Below are positions 13,705 to 27,000 of a DNA stretch of 63,969 nt, piece by piece. Numbering within the stretch: the first letter of the stretch is position 1; each line of letters opens with the position of its first letter. The notes below the pieces were generated by a model. That model saw only the letters and a program-made list of their open reading frames with translations, made no database searches and had not been told where the DNA came from. The stretch covers positions 66,145,525 to 66,209,493 of the forward strand of contig NC_068989.1 in NCBI RefSeq assembly GCF_001194135.2, in the 5' to 3' direction. A program made the translations under genes and the position numbers. This stretch comes from Octopus bimaculoides. Taxonomy: Eukaryota.

Positions 13705-13760
<56 letters not shown>
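13568..13760. repeat. (GATA)n microsatellite, ~190 bp
   Basis: Near-pure GATA run with GGTA/GACA variants. Confidence 0.97.
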
Positions 13761-13761
<1 letters not shown>

Positions 13762-14118
13762 TGTCCTTCTCTTCTCCACGTTCACCTGTCCTCACTTTGA
13801 ATATTGTTGTCAGCTGTAGTCTCCCTACACGAAATAAAATATTAATTGAAGCAACCTAGAGATCAATGACAAAAACTAGACGTCTCAGGTCTGGATTACT
13901 AGGATCATCTTTGGAATCTCAAACTTTATTCTCTCCAACACCGCTGTGAGCGCTACATGATTTATAGGATGTGGAAAATATGCCCATAATATTGTCGAAA
14001 TGTTGTGGGGATTAACTTTAAAATATACCCAAGCCTTGGTACTTGTGCCATCCGTCCTTTACAAAAATCGTACTCGTGTCATATTACAACACCAAGACAG
14101 AACTTATTCACTAAAACT

Positions 14119-14172
<54 letters not shown>

Positions 14173-14652
14173 NNNNNNNNNNNNNNNNNNNNNNNNNNNN
14201 NNNNNNNNNNNNNNNNNNNNNNNNNNNNNNNNNNNNNNNNNNNNNNNNNNNNNNNNNNNNNNNNNNNNNNNNNNNNNNNNNNNNNNNNNNNNNNNNNNNN
14301 NNNNNNNNNNNNNNNNNNNNNNNNNNNNNNNNNNNNNNNNNNNNNNNNNNNNNNNNNNNNNNNNNNNNNNNNNNNNNNNNNNNNNNNNNNNNNNNNNNNN
14401 NNNNNNNNNNNNNNNNNNNNNNNNNNNNNNNNNNNNNNNNNNNNNNNNNNNNNNNNNNNNNNNNNNNNNNNNNNNNNNNNNNNNNNNNNNNNNNNNNNNN
14501 NNNNNNNNNNNNNNNNNNNNNNNNNNNNNNNNNNNNNNNNNNNNGTATGTGTGTCTAAACCCAGAGAAATGCATACAGACGAAAAATACAGAATACACAT
14601 ACGTGTATGTAAATATGTTTATATATACGTGTATGTATATATCTATACGTGC

Positions 14653-14699
<47 letters not shown>

Positions 14700-14701
<2 letters not shown>

Positions 14702-16147
14702 CACCCAGAACCATGGTAATAGCTTAGGAGTGAAATTTAGGATTTCTCGGTCTTCTGTGAATCGATTTTGAAAAAAATGTTCCTAACTGGCTTGCAAACT
14801 ATGGCAACACCATTGTTATGTTTTAGTCATTCTGTGTAACGTCCTTTCTTCATATTTCAGTTTCTTCAGTTTTGAGGTGAACCACTCTAATAGCCTCACT
14901 CTTCTCTAAGAACAATGGGACGTTGAAAAGGCCTTGACGATGAAGAAAAGTCTATCATCATCAACGAAAATGCTAAAGGCACCTCTCTTCATGTCATTGC
15001 GGAGACATTAGGTCGTCATGTGGACACGGTTAGACGGCTCCTAAAGGACCCTTCACCAAGGAAGAAACGATGCGTCTGTGGGACCTCCAAGACTGTGAAA
15101 GCTAGGGATTTAATGAATATTGGGTGCAGGCTACGTGGGAGACCTGGACAAACAAGCAAAACCATTTTCCCCGCCTTCGGACTTCCTTATGCACTGAAAA
15201 CCACCAGAAATCACATCTTCGATACCATGGCTTCCGTGCGAGAACCCCTGAAACTTCCCCCCACCTTTAACAGGAGTTTGAAGCTTCAATGGGTCCAATG
15301 GTGCATGTCGTTAGACATGAGTTATGTTTTGTTCTCTGACGAAACCAGGGTGACACTTGACGGACCTGACAGTTGGGCAAATGGTTGGATCTGTTTTGGA
15401 GATGAGCGTCACCGACGTCTACGACGTCAACAACCGGGTGGATGAGTCATGTTATGGGCTGGTACCATTGGGGACAGACTTGTTGGCCCAGTCAGGATGC
15501 CTGAACCTGAAGGGATTAAAGTGACTGCAGCTGCCTACTGCAAGCTCCTGAAGGTCTTGGATCCCTCGCTAGATGACATACCGCTGTCACTTCCAAACAA
15601 TCTCGTATTCATGCATGACAACTGTGCTAGGACAATCCAAACATTACTAGAGACTTGCGGCATACAAGGTGAAATGTTGTTGGTATGGCCGCCAGCATCT
15701 CCAGATCTCAACTCTATCGAAAGTCTTTGGTACATCATTAAACAAGATGTTTATGCTGATGGACGCCACTTTACGTTGAAAGATGTCTTATGGGCGACCA
15801 TGAAAGCTGCAGCAGAGGCAGTCCAACCTGCTACTATTAAGAAATTGACAAGATTCCAAGACTAATAGGGTTATTGAAGTTATCCGTCGAAAAGGCACTC
15901 ATGTAGCTAAATAATTCAATATGTCAATAACTGTTATAATATTATTATGGTTTTTCTGTTAAATATATACCCAATGTATGCTTAATACGTATCATTACCC
16001 TTCATTTTCTGAAACAAAATGTCTAGATGGACTATTTTCATTTAAAAGCTATTAGCGTGGTTCACCCAGAAACTGTAGAATCTGAAATATAAAAAAGAAA
16101 GCACGTTACACAGTATAATTAAAACATAACAATGGTGTTGCTAAGTG
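14700..16147 (+). mobile_element. Tc1-family DNA transposon with long IR/DR terminal inverted repeats (TRT/DD37E-like); right end lost in N gap
   Basis: TA at 14698-14699. Left TIR 14700-14894 matches the reverse complement of 16048-16143 (24/28 identity at the inner end). GAACCA-N3-TAATAGC occurs at 14708 and 14879. Transposase lies between. Confidence 0.92.
14915..15914 (+). pseudogene. Tc1-type transposase pseudogene
   Basis: MGR..DEEKSIII..LGRHVDTVRR (HTH), VLFSDETRVTLDGPD, FMHDN, WPPASPDLNSIE, C-terminus NRVIEVIRRKGTHVAK*. Early stop/frameshift near 14921, in-frame TGA at 15443, +1 frameshift near 15850. Confidence 0.93.
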
Positions 16148-16327
16148 NNNNNNNNNNNNNNNNNNNNNNNNNNNNNNNNNNNNNNNNNNNNNNNNNNNNN
16201 NNNNNNNNNNNNNNNNNNNNNNNNNNNNNNNNNNNNNNNNNNNNNNNNNNNNNNNNNNNNNNNNNNNNNNNNNNNNNNNNNNNNNNNNNNNNNNNNNNNN
16301 NNNNNNNNNNNNNNNNNNNNNNNNNNN

Positions 16328-16363
<36 letters not shown>

Positions 16364-18156
16364 TTAATTCGTTTGCGTATGTGTGCGTTTATACATATAT
16401 GCATATAGATGAGCATGTACCTGCTTATATATATTTGCACACCCACATTCATCTAACATACATTTCAGTCAGTATTGGCCTAAAACATGTCTAGCTTAAC
16501 ATCACTACTCGGTGAAGTTTTTACATCATATGTTGGTATACCATAAACCAGTCAAGAAGAAATTTGATATTGAACGAAATATATCCGAATGTTTGAAGTT
16601 TATCTGATATTTCTTAGAGGAATTTTTCATTGACCGCTGGAAGTTTCGGTCACCTATTTCTTCGATATCTGTTCTGGTAATCTTGAAGAGATCAGAGCCA
16701 ATTGAGTTGAAATATAAAAATTTGTGTAGCCATGTTGTTTTGTAATGTGTGCTCGATTTTTTTGTTGAGGACGTATGTCACAGAAGCCAGACCTATATAA
16801 GAAATTTCCGGATGACCCTACCTGACGGCAGGAAACGCAAATCAGGACAGCAAAATCAAACTCCTTCATACACCAAATGCTACATATCAGAATAGGTTTC
16901 AAGTAGTAAAGTGTGGTATGGTCGCAGCTCCCGATCTGAAACTACAGAAAGTATATATATAAAGTAACAAACTAAGAAAAATAAATCCTTCAAAGTGGTG
17001 TGCTTAACATCCAATTCACTGGTACTTCAGTTGAATACCATATAAATATTGGTATAATTCAATTATAAAGATAAATTAAATATAGAGATATACTATTGAC
17101 AATTCAATCATTTATTTATATTACAATATTACATGAAATGCTATGAATATAATAAAACATAGCATAATATTGTAAACAATTACTAAAACCATAAAAGGCC
17201 AACAAATTGTTTCGACTTATATATATTTTTTCTGATATACATACGTAATAACAGTTCTCTTATATATAAAGTCACTTTAGCGTCATTGTTTAGAAACAGA
17301 CGAAATTCTGTGTAAAAGGACGGCTGGATTGTAAAAATTAATTCAAATGTCTATGTATTGTGAGCGTGGGCATTAACTATTGAATCATAAAACAATTACA
17401 AATGAAAACAACAAAAACATTTTAACAGACGCTTCAACCAAGTAAATACAGTCCTCAGTCATCGAAATTCACTTCATTACATTTCAAACATATCAATCAA
17501 AACCCTCTCATGTCCAAACTTAGTCCCTTGTCACTACAGCATATAACAATAATATATGTGTGTATATAACTATATATAATTAAGTATCTAAGTCTTCCCC
17601 TATGTATAACTGCAACAAAAAATATATAAACAATTACATCTCCAATAAAACTCTTACTTATTTAAATTAATTGGTATGAAAAAAATATTGTTTAAATCAA
17701 CTAATAATAATCTTCTTTATTATTTTCTCGGAGAGATAAATCCATAGTAACCTAGTGAAATTCTTTTCTTTGTCTACTTAATTTATCGTAGGGAGAATTC
17801 CGTAATAAGTGTTAATATAGACTTAAGGTTGTAAATGCGATAACCAAAACGCCCCATAGATATACATATTTTTAGGGTATAGTAATGGAAATCAAATTTA
17901 CTAATTTTTTAGGGGTAACCAAATTTGAAGTTGCTTAAATAAGGATTATTATTCGCACATTATGGAAGGGAGAAGTTAGTGAATCAACAGAAACCATTAA
18001 TAGAAACCAAACAAGCAGCAAGTACTAATCTATGAACTAATCTATATTATTATTTATCAAATGATATGTAATACATAGGCATTGGAATTAATTCTTACAA
18101 TCCAGCCCTCTTTTAACACGGAATTTCATCTATTTCTAAACCATGACCAACCTATT

Positions 18157-18386
18157 TCTTTATTGCCCACAAGGGGCTAAACATAGAGGGGACAAACAAG
18201 GACAGACAAAGGGATTAAGTCGATTACATCGGCCCCAGTGCGTAACTGGTACTTAATTTATCGACCCCGAAAGGATGAAAGGCAAAGTCGACCTCGGCGG
18301 AATTTGAACTCAGAACGTAGCAGCAGACAAAATACCGCTAAGCATTTTGCCCAGCGTGCTAACGTTTCTGCCAGCTCGCCGCCTTG
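18157..18386 (-). mobile_element. Full-length, young family A SINE with 17-bp TSD
   Basis: Intact head GGCGGCGAGCTGGCAGAAACGTTAG and B box GAGTTCAAATTCC. ACCATGACCAACCTATT at 18140-18156 and 18387-18403. Confidence 0.95.
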
Positions 18387-18403
18387 ACCATGACCAACCT
18401 ATT

Positions 18404-19230
18404 GACCAACCTCGGTTGTTTAATTGCAAGTTCACTCATCATTTCATCCAATTGTTTGATGTATACATCCGCTCTGATTGACTTACCAGGTCACATGATG
18501 CTCTAATGATTGACACCAACGCTGAACCACCAAACAGAAGCCATTAGCTTCTTTTGGTGAATATTCTGTTTTAGATTGTGTTTTGGCACTTCCTCTCTTT
18601 CCAACCACCGTGTTATTGTTGAAAAGAATCCATGTTTCATCACATGTAACAATACGACGCAAAATGGTTTCTTTATATACCATGATAGCAAAGAACGGCA
18701 ACTTTCAAGACGACGTGTCATTTGATGCTCGTTCAGTACGTGTGCTACCCACTTGTCCAGCTTCTTTACTTTGCAAATTTGCTAAGATAGTCCAATACAG
18801 TTGAAATCTAAACAGCAAACCCTGCTCCTACTCATGCGTAGTTTGCGTTGTATCCGCTTCCTCTACAGTTTCCAACTCATCGTTATCCAACTTGGTCTCT
18901 GATTTTCAAAAGTAAACAAACACAACATCTCAAACCATCGATGTACAGTGCGCTCATTCGCGGCCTCTTCACTAAGCCCCTCATTGATGTTTCGAACTGT
19001 CTGAGATGCACTGGTTCCACGACGGAACTCATATTCATAAATAACACGAATTTTTTTCTATCCATGGGTTCACAAAACTTGATTTACAACAGAAAACTTA
19101 CAAAATAATCAAACACCATCAATTGCATTTCGAAAAGTGATGATGTACCTCTTCAATGTTGTAAAACAAAGAACTGCCAGGATATATCATTAGAGTTAAC
19201 GACTGTCAAACTTGTTGCATAAGACAATCG
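18404..19230 (-). pseudogene. mariner transposase relic, 5' two-thirds
   Basis: ATG at 19065. IRVIYEYEFRRGTSASQTVRNIN, ERTVHRWF, KKLDKWV, RRLESC.SLLS, RRIVTCDETWILF, KKLMASVWW, KQPRLVNR. Truncated before the second catalytic D. Confidence 0.93.
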
Positions 19231-19831
19231 NNNNNNNNNNNNNNNNNNNNNNNNNNNNNNNNNNNNNNNNNNNNNNNNNNNNNNNNNNNNNNNNNNNNNN
19301 NNNNNNNNNNNNNNNNNNNNNNNNNNNNNNNNNNNNNNNNNNNNNNNNNNNNNNNNNNNNNNNNNNNNNNNNNNNNNNNNNNNNNNNNNNNNNNNNNNNN
19401 NNNNNNNNNNNNNNNNNNNNNNNNNNNNNNNNNNNNNNNNNNNNNNNNNNNNNNNNNNNNNNNNNNNNNNNNNNNNNNNNNNNNNNNNNNNNNNNNNNNN
19501 NNNNNNNNNNNNNNNNNNNNNNNNNNNNNNNNNNNNNNNNNNNNNNNNNNNNNNNNNNNNNNNNNNNNNNNNNNNNNNNNNNNNNNNNNNNNNNNNNNNN
19601 NNNNNNNNNNNNNNNNNNNNNNNNNNNNNNNNNNNNNNNNNNNNNNNNNNNNNNNNNNNNNNNNNNNNNNNNNNNNNNNNNNNNNNNNNNNNNNNNNNNN
19701 NNNNNNNNNNATATCACTTTAAATTTAAATAAGTATGTATTTTTGTAGTGAGTAAATTGTGATTTAAAGCGATAGTTCTGTACATAGCAAATGGTATTTC
19801 AATACCCTTCTGTACTTTATTTGTTTTCTTT

Positions 19832-19879
<48 letters not shown>

Positions 19880-19917
19880 ATATACATGTATATATGTCTA
19901 TATATATGTCTATATAT

Positions 19918-19955
<38 letters not shown>

Positions 19956-20203
19956 GAGAGTGTATATGAGGCTGAGAGCATGTATTAGCCTAATTTAAAT
20001 TATATACGAATGGGCGTAATTATTTATATAGTTACTCGAGATTCCATTAAGTCTTACACTATCCCAGTACATGCATACAGTGAAAAACATGTTTCTATAT
20101 ATTTATCTGTTTTATAGCATGCTTTATTGTCATTATACCTTGATTACAATTTCAGCCCATTTTACATCAATAGATTTTAATTTTTCCTTCCCCTCACGCA
20201 AAT

Positions 20204-20256
20204 AAAAATTTCCTACGCACACTTTCTAATCGCGTGATTCCCTCTTCAGAACTTTT
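20204..20256 (-). ncRNA. Degenerate hammerhead-like motif (PLE type)
   Basis: Minus strand: CTGAAGA-GGG-AATC ACGC GATT-A-GAAA-GTGTGCGTA. Core boxes intact, stem II 4 bp, stem III non-canonical. Confidence 0.35.
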
Positions 20257-20304
20257 GAATACAATTTTATATTTATCACTTTCGCACGAATCGTGCAAAC
20301 ATAT

Positions 20305-20359
<55 letters not shown>

Positions 20360-20365
20360 CATACA

Positions 20366-20399
<34 letters not shown>

Positions 20400-20471
20400 C
20401 ACACATATATATATAATATAATATAATATATATATGATATATATATGTACATGGTACATAATATATATATA

Positions 20472-20513
<42 letters not shown>

Positions 20514-20522
20514 GTATATCTA

Positions 20523-20608
<86 letters not shown>

Positions 20609-20770
20609 TAGATACATAAATAGATAGATATACATACATGCATATATACAACACACATACATACATGCATACATGCATACATATATACATGCATACATGC
20701 ATGCATACATACATACATACATACATACATACATACATACATACATACATACATACATGCATACATATGT
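20305..20770. repeat. Compound microsatellite (GATA)n-(CATA)n-(TA)n-(GA)n-(CATA)n
   Basis: Directly visible successive runs. Confidence 0.95.
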
Positions 20771-21094
20771 GTACGTATATGTTTTGTTTTGAATTTGATC
20801 GCATCCATGCTTTCAGCAATCATCTTTACAGCTTATGCGGCCTTTTAACATACAAATATAATTAATTTTACTCAAACATTTATTAATTTATTTACTTATT
20901 TATTTATTCTGTCATAATTTTTTCCACTGAATTCGGTCAGCTCCATCTAACCCCGTCTCATATCGACCTTCTCTTCCATGAAATTATTTCCGTATTATGT
21001 GCTTCAGCGAACTGTTTTATCGTTTTTTATTTCTTTTATTTATCCAAAAACCCAATCAGAATTTGTTTGTCCTGCCTGTCATATTGTTTATCAT

Positions 21095-21655
21095 TATTAT
21101 CGAATGAGAGAGCAGCGCATGCTGTCAAAGTGACACTGGGGTGCAAATATTCTAAGCACAATATAGCCATCATGACCACCTATCTGATAAGGGTACACCA
21201 GGCACGAGCATCCCAACCATATCTGCCCGACATGGTAATCTCATATCAAGATAAACAGCGCATGACCTTGCAGGTGGAGTCCAGTTTGAATTTTCTTCAG
21301 GTTGAGTAGCTCATCCCGTTTAAAAGGTCCCTGAAAAAGGTTTGTTTAAGGATGATGAACAAAAAAACCATGTTTCCAGAGGTGAATTATTCAAACTCCA
21401 AGGAATTCTTCTCAACAAATGGCTATAATGCTCTCCCACTACTTCTGCTCATGATCATAAATGCACACATCGTCAGCCACCATGGGACATGCTCAACTGG
21501 TTACGGTCAACTAACTGACAAGCAGATCTATGGTATTGAGCAGAATATTTGCTGTAGCCCATCTTTTATACCAAGACAAATCATGTACATGATAACACTT
21601 CCAATTAGTTAAGATCAAAAGCTATGAGAACCAGTGCTTATTAATGCATCAGGTC
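21095..21655 (-). mobile_element. ~560-bp non-coding interspersed repeat, retroposon-like, bounded by (AAT)n
   Basis: GC-richer than flanks, no ORF, followed by (ATT)n at 21665-21738. I recall it as an abundant octopus repeat; not verified, and strand is inferred. Confidence 0.55.
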
Positions 21656-21679
21656 AATTATATATTATTATTATTATTA

Positions 21680-21740
<61 letters not shown>

Positions 21741-22608
21741 GTAGTCTTAATTTTATAGCGTGCTTTCACTGCACTACTCAGCGCAGCTGTGTGCCTTGGA
21801 CATGTGCTGTGGTTTTAACTGTGATGGGCTTATGGTTACTGTATTGAAAGTGTTTTACGTAGGATGTGTGCAGTACCTAGTAGTGCTATTTTCTGTATGT
21901 TATATATACTTGTTAGACATGGTGTTTATATTATGTATTTGTCTGAATATTTTTTTCATACCTAACGCGCCCACTATAATAGGAATTGTTTCTGCTTTTA
22001 GACTCAGTCACCAAACTGCCGGCTTTGTGCCACAATTTGAAATTAATATTATGAAAGCAACTTAGCATTTCAATATATAAGAAGGCTGAGTTTAGAGAAA
22101 CAATAGCGATTCTTCTAATTACTTTATTATATACAGTTTTGCTCAGCAAAATTTTAGTCAAGATATTACCGCCTCAGACTTTTTCGTTCTTGTGGCATTA
22201 GTAAACTTGATACGAGTAATATAGGATATTTATTCAATCAACTCTATAAACGCGACTGAAAAACTGAATCTAAGGATATTGTGGTGGTGGTCTGCGTCGG
22301 CAAGACTTGTATTATTTAGAAAATTGACAGAAATAGTACAGAGAAATTACTGTTCTTCTTCATTTTAAAGTTGACAGAAGAGAAATAGAAAAACAGAAGA
22401 ATTTTTCATCCCCCTTTTGTCTGAGAAACTTAATACAGCTGATGGAAACAACACCAGAACAGGAGCTTTGTATATGCATAAGAATAGAAGAGAGAACTGG
22501 ATGAGAGAGGGAAAGAAAAACTGGCTGTGCTTCTAATTAAAAGAACGTAATATATCCTTGTAATTAGGTTTAACCGAGTTTCCTCTCAAACCATTTCTTT
22601 TTCTTTCT

Positions 22609-22662
<54 letters not shown>

Positions 22663-23605
22663 CTGTATTAATGTCAAACTGATGGAAATGTATAATGACA
22701 ACACGAGGTGGTGCTGAACGCTTACGAACATCTATAAACAAGTTGTTAAGACGGTGACTAAGGACAAAGTGCTAAGATCTTACTAAGAATGCTAATATCA
22801 TGGGATGTTTGATAAGTGTCAATATTATGACAGTTAAGCCTCTTCCCAACTAATTAAGATTCTACTTACTGTTCTGCATTTCAAATTACATTGCACAGGG
22901 GTCATCCGTTTTCAAAAGGACTAGTTAGTGTTATATGAAATAGATATGTCTTCTGACTCTCAAAGCACAACAAGTATAGTCAGCGTATTCATGTAATACC
23001 TACTTTACACTTGTCCCCTACATTTATTTTCCCTATTGGTATATCTAATTATATTAATGGATATATTCAATGGCAGTTTCATAAGCATCACAATGTGATA
23101 ATTAAGACACTCGTTATATCTATTAAAAGTAGTTAAACGCTTTACAGCAGGAAGATATGTATACAGTCAGTCCATCCCGCGGATGGCTTCCGTTACAAGC
23201 TCTCAGTAATTTCTTTTCAAAATCGTCATTGATATTCATAGAAAATCAGTTACCATAAAGGCTTCTGTATTCTTGTTTCCAAGAACTAATGGATTTGTTA
23301 AAATGTAAGTGGATACTGATGCATTTGAGCGAAGCATTATTTATTTTTTAGTTTATCGAAGAAATATATATTAATTGGTGATTATGGTTACATTGATTTG
23401 GCGCGGGTCTATCGGTGACAAATGCACGTATTTCGAGGAGTATTCACTATAAATCAAATACTGACCTCTCTCAAATAAATTCACCTCCACCCTCACCAAA
23501 CAGTGACAATAATACAATAACGTTTCAACCTCAGTAGTCGTTACTTGAAATACATATCTTTTCTCCTTCATCACATGATATGGTTTCCGATTTGCGAACA
23601 AGGCC

Positions 23606-23735
23606 AACAAATTTGAAGGAATGGTTAGATGAAAGCATGGACCCCCGTATTTGAGTAGTGCATTGATTTATCGATTCCGGACAGATAAAAGGCAAATTTG
23701 ATGCCGACAGTATTTGAACTCAGAATGTAGAGAAC
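23606..23735 (-). mobile_element. Old family A SINE fragment
   Basis: ATTTATCGA..AAAGGCAAA..ATTTGAACTCAGAA. Confidence 0.7.
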
Positions 23736-24624
23736 CCAATCGTTTCTTCCTAAAACATTAGCTTTCTCGGATCTTCTCCTTGATCCGCTAATCTTGCAGG
23801 TGACCTACAAGAGATTAAACCGACATTACTAGCATTGACCTGACCTTTCTCAGAGGGCCTGCAAGGGTCATGAACGATGTTCTTTCCTCAAGACACAAGT
23901 AAATCCAAAATGGTGCTACTAAATAAGATTATGAGGTTGCCATTTTTCAATTAATGGTTATTTTCGTGTACTCTAGTCATGAATTTTAGTAACATGAACT
24001 TTAGTGACACGAATTTCTTAGTTCTTATACTGGTAACCATACTCAATATGTTAACAAGCGAAATGGGCTTCGGCAGCATAGATGAAACGATAGTGAAACG
24101 GTAATTGCTACAGGGAAATATAACCAGAAGAGATGGCATAACCCTAATGCACATCACATCTAATAATATATGGATTTGACAGGAAAGTTTTAACCTAATA
24201 GATAACATACGAATAGATTCTGTAGACCGTTACATTTGTAAGTATGTTTTATTTGCATACGTGAAGTACTTTAAGATTACTTAACTAATATGGAAGAGAA
24301 ACTGTGAAAGGATTGTTTACGACCGTCTCCATCATATTTGAGATGTTCAAAGTGTTGGAGCAAAAGGTCGGTATATGGCACAGTCAGAAAAATGAACTCT
24401 GGAGAGGTAGCTGAGTTACATTTTTCTATGCATATGTCTGAAGAATTTACATGAAAGACGAAAGGCATATAAGTGTATGTGTAAAAGGAAGAAAACCCTT
24501 TAGACAGAGAGACTAAATGTGTTTGCTTCTGATATCAGCAAGGTAAACATATGTGGGAAGAGCGTATTTTGATTTCATGTAGACGCAGATGCCTTAAATA
24601 AACGAAAGTAAATATAGTCTATAG

Positions 24625-24808
24625 CGACGCGTTGTGGTTTTGAGCAAAACACTTCACTTCACGTTGCTCCAGTCCACTCAGCTGGCAAAAATGAGTGATC
24701 CGGTAACGGACAGGCATCCCGTCCAGGTGGGGAATTTATACGACATGTGGAAACCAGGAAAGTGGCCCTTACAAGTCGGCATGACTCGAGAAGGTAACTT
24801 TTCCTTTA
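24625..24808 (+). mobile_element. CORE-type SINE, family B, tail 2, 5'-truncated
   Basis: TTGAGCAAAACACTTCACTTCACGTTGCTCCAGTCCACTCAGCTGGCAAAAATGAGT, then a tail shared with 57172-57413. Confidence 0.85.
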
Positions 24809-25664
24809 CCAATGATCAACCCTGATCGTTTTAGAGATATGTATAAGACTACATTATCTAAAGTGCTTTGTCCTGATATAAGACAACTAGAAGTAATTTG
24901 AGAGAGATGTAGTTATTATTTCTAACAAATCACATGATCATGTACACGCTCCCAATTTCTTTCCTATAGTGTCTGTGTTAGTAAGATGGTGTGTTTTACG
25001 TCAGGTTTGAGCCTATTTCAACTGATATTGACCAAGAGTGAGCAAAATATTTTACTTAATTGCTTTATAGCTTAGGATAAGTTTAGTCCCTAACAAGTCT
25101 AAACTTGTCATGTTTTCAGCTTGTATAACGGGATATTTTATCGAACAATCGCTATTGTTATCAGACGCTTCTTTTCTAACAGCGTAAACATACTGATTAT
25201 AAATTTCAATAGCAAGCATTCCCTCAAAACTATGAAAATAGGCTGTGTTGGTCGGTGTGGATGTTTAGGATGCAGAATGCCGACACCGACAAAACAGTCT
25301 TTCATCTCTAATAAACTAGTCAGCATATAAACGGATAAACGGACTTTGTAATGTGAACAGAATTTTATTTATTTTTGTTTTTGTATTTTTTTAAATATGA
25401 TAATCAATAATTGTCAACAATAGAATGTGATAATCATCAAAAATATTTGTTAATTGTTACAGAAATATTCATTAAATCCAGCAAACTAAATTTTTGAAAT
25501 ATATAATTTTTTAATATCACTTGAAGATGTAAGTTGTCCAGTCTCTAGATAGTCGATAGGTAGTGCTCTGCTCGTGGTTAAGAGTTGTTTTGGCTCTTAT
25601 TTCTAGCACTACTGCTGCTGACTTGCATTCTTTTTCACGATTTTACCTGTGCCTATATACATAT

Positions 25665-25842
25665 AGATCGCTAACCACTACCCACATTTTTTTTCTCTCC
25701 TTGTTTCTTTCTGTGTTCCTTTCTGTGGAAGAGCGTAGGCTCGAAACGTTAAAGACTTTTCAATTCCCGAGCGTTATACTAATACATCTATTTGATTTCT
25801 ACACCACATGTCTTCGTCTGTTGTTTTTTGTGAATTCTCCCT
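25665..25842 (+). mobile_element. Short repeat carrying a variant hammerhead (25719-25754); solo pseudo-LTR-like
   Basis: CTTT-CTGTGGA-A-GAGC GTAG GCTC-GAAA-CGT-T-AAAG: stem I 4 bp, stem II 4 bp, palindromic ACGT stem III. A6 is replaced by U. Confidence 0.6.
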
Positions 25843-25892
25843 ATACATATATGTATATGTATGTATGTATTATCTGTGTGTGTTTGTGTGAA

Positions 25893-26212
25893 GGCGCGTG
25901 GCTTAGTGGTTAGGGCATTCGGCTCACGATTGTAAGGTCGTGAGTTCAATTCTCGGCGGCGCGTTTTATCCCTGAGCAAAACACTTTATTTCACGTTGCT
26001 CCAGTCCATTCAGCTAGCAAAAATGAGTAGTACCTGTATTTCAAAGGGCTGGCCTAATCACACTTTGTGTCACACTGAATCTCCCAGAGAACTATGTTAT
26101 GGGTACACGTGTTTGCGGAGTGCTCAGCCACTTATCCGTTAATTTCACGAGCAAGCTGCTCCGTTGATCGTATCAGCTGGGACCCACATCGTCGTTACCG
26201 ACGGAGTGCTCC
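25893..26212 (+). mobile_element. Full-length tRNA-derived CORE SINE, family B, tail 1
   Basis: A box TGGCTTAGTGG 25899-25909, B box GTTCAATTC 25944-25952, CORE-like TGAGCAAAACACTTTATTTCACGTTGCTCCAGTCC, then ~190-bp tail. Confidence 0.92.
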
Positions 26213-26933
26213 ATATATATATATATAAATGGACGAATGAATTATCCTTTGTTTACTGTTAATACGGAAAATTCAATAAACAGTTACCGGGGTAGCAAAA
26301 TTCACGCAAGTAACAAGGATGTAGCGACCTATTCAAAGATAGAAACTCCGGTTAATGTGCAGTAATTTGTATAGTATAAGTAAATAAATGGAGTTAAACG
26401 CAAATGATATTCAAATTCTTTTACCTTCGACATGTTTTGAAGACAACATTGGTTTTATTCCAAAGGAATAAACGGTGTAAAATAATGTAATTTTCTCATC
26501 AGGAAAGGAAGAGAACCCATTTCAACAACAAGAGATTATAAAAATGTTGATGACTGCATAAATGATAAACAGAACGCAATTAAGTATTTTTAAATAACCG
26601 TTAGTAGATATGACGTCCAAGGTAGACCATAGGAAGAGAAGGGGTAAAGAAATGATGAATAAAGAACAAATAAAGGAGAAATATAGAGGGATATGTTGTT
26701 TGAAAGAATGTTCAAAGGCTTAGAAGTAGACTTCTCTATTGAAGTAAAGTGCAAGGTGAACTAAATGTTCAAACTATACAGACTGGTATAAATCACTTAT
26801 ATGAGCTAAAGGTGTGTTTCTGCCAATGCTTACATGTGTAAGATCGCTCTATAAGTGTGTTCACAAGGTGATTCTTAGAGAAGAGAATATGGAAGAGTTC
26901 AGAGTTGCAAATGTTACACAATCCTTTATATAT

Positions 26934-26998
<65 letters not shown>

Positions 26999-27000
<2 letters not shown>

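Noticed and set aside
16780-16950. GC-richer stretch with MTLPDGRKRKSGQQ peptide
   Set aside because: All frames close quickly, splice signals are unconvincing, and no homolog is recognised.
21600-21630. U2 snRNA similarity (TAAGATCAA)
   Set aside because: Only 9 nt match; no branch-pairing GTGTAGTA or Sm site.
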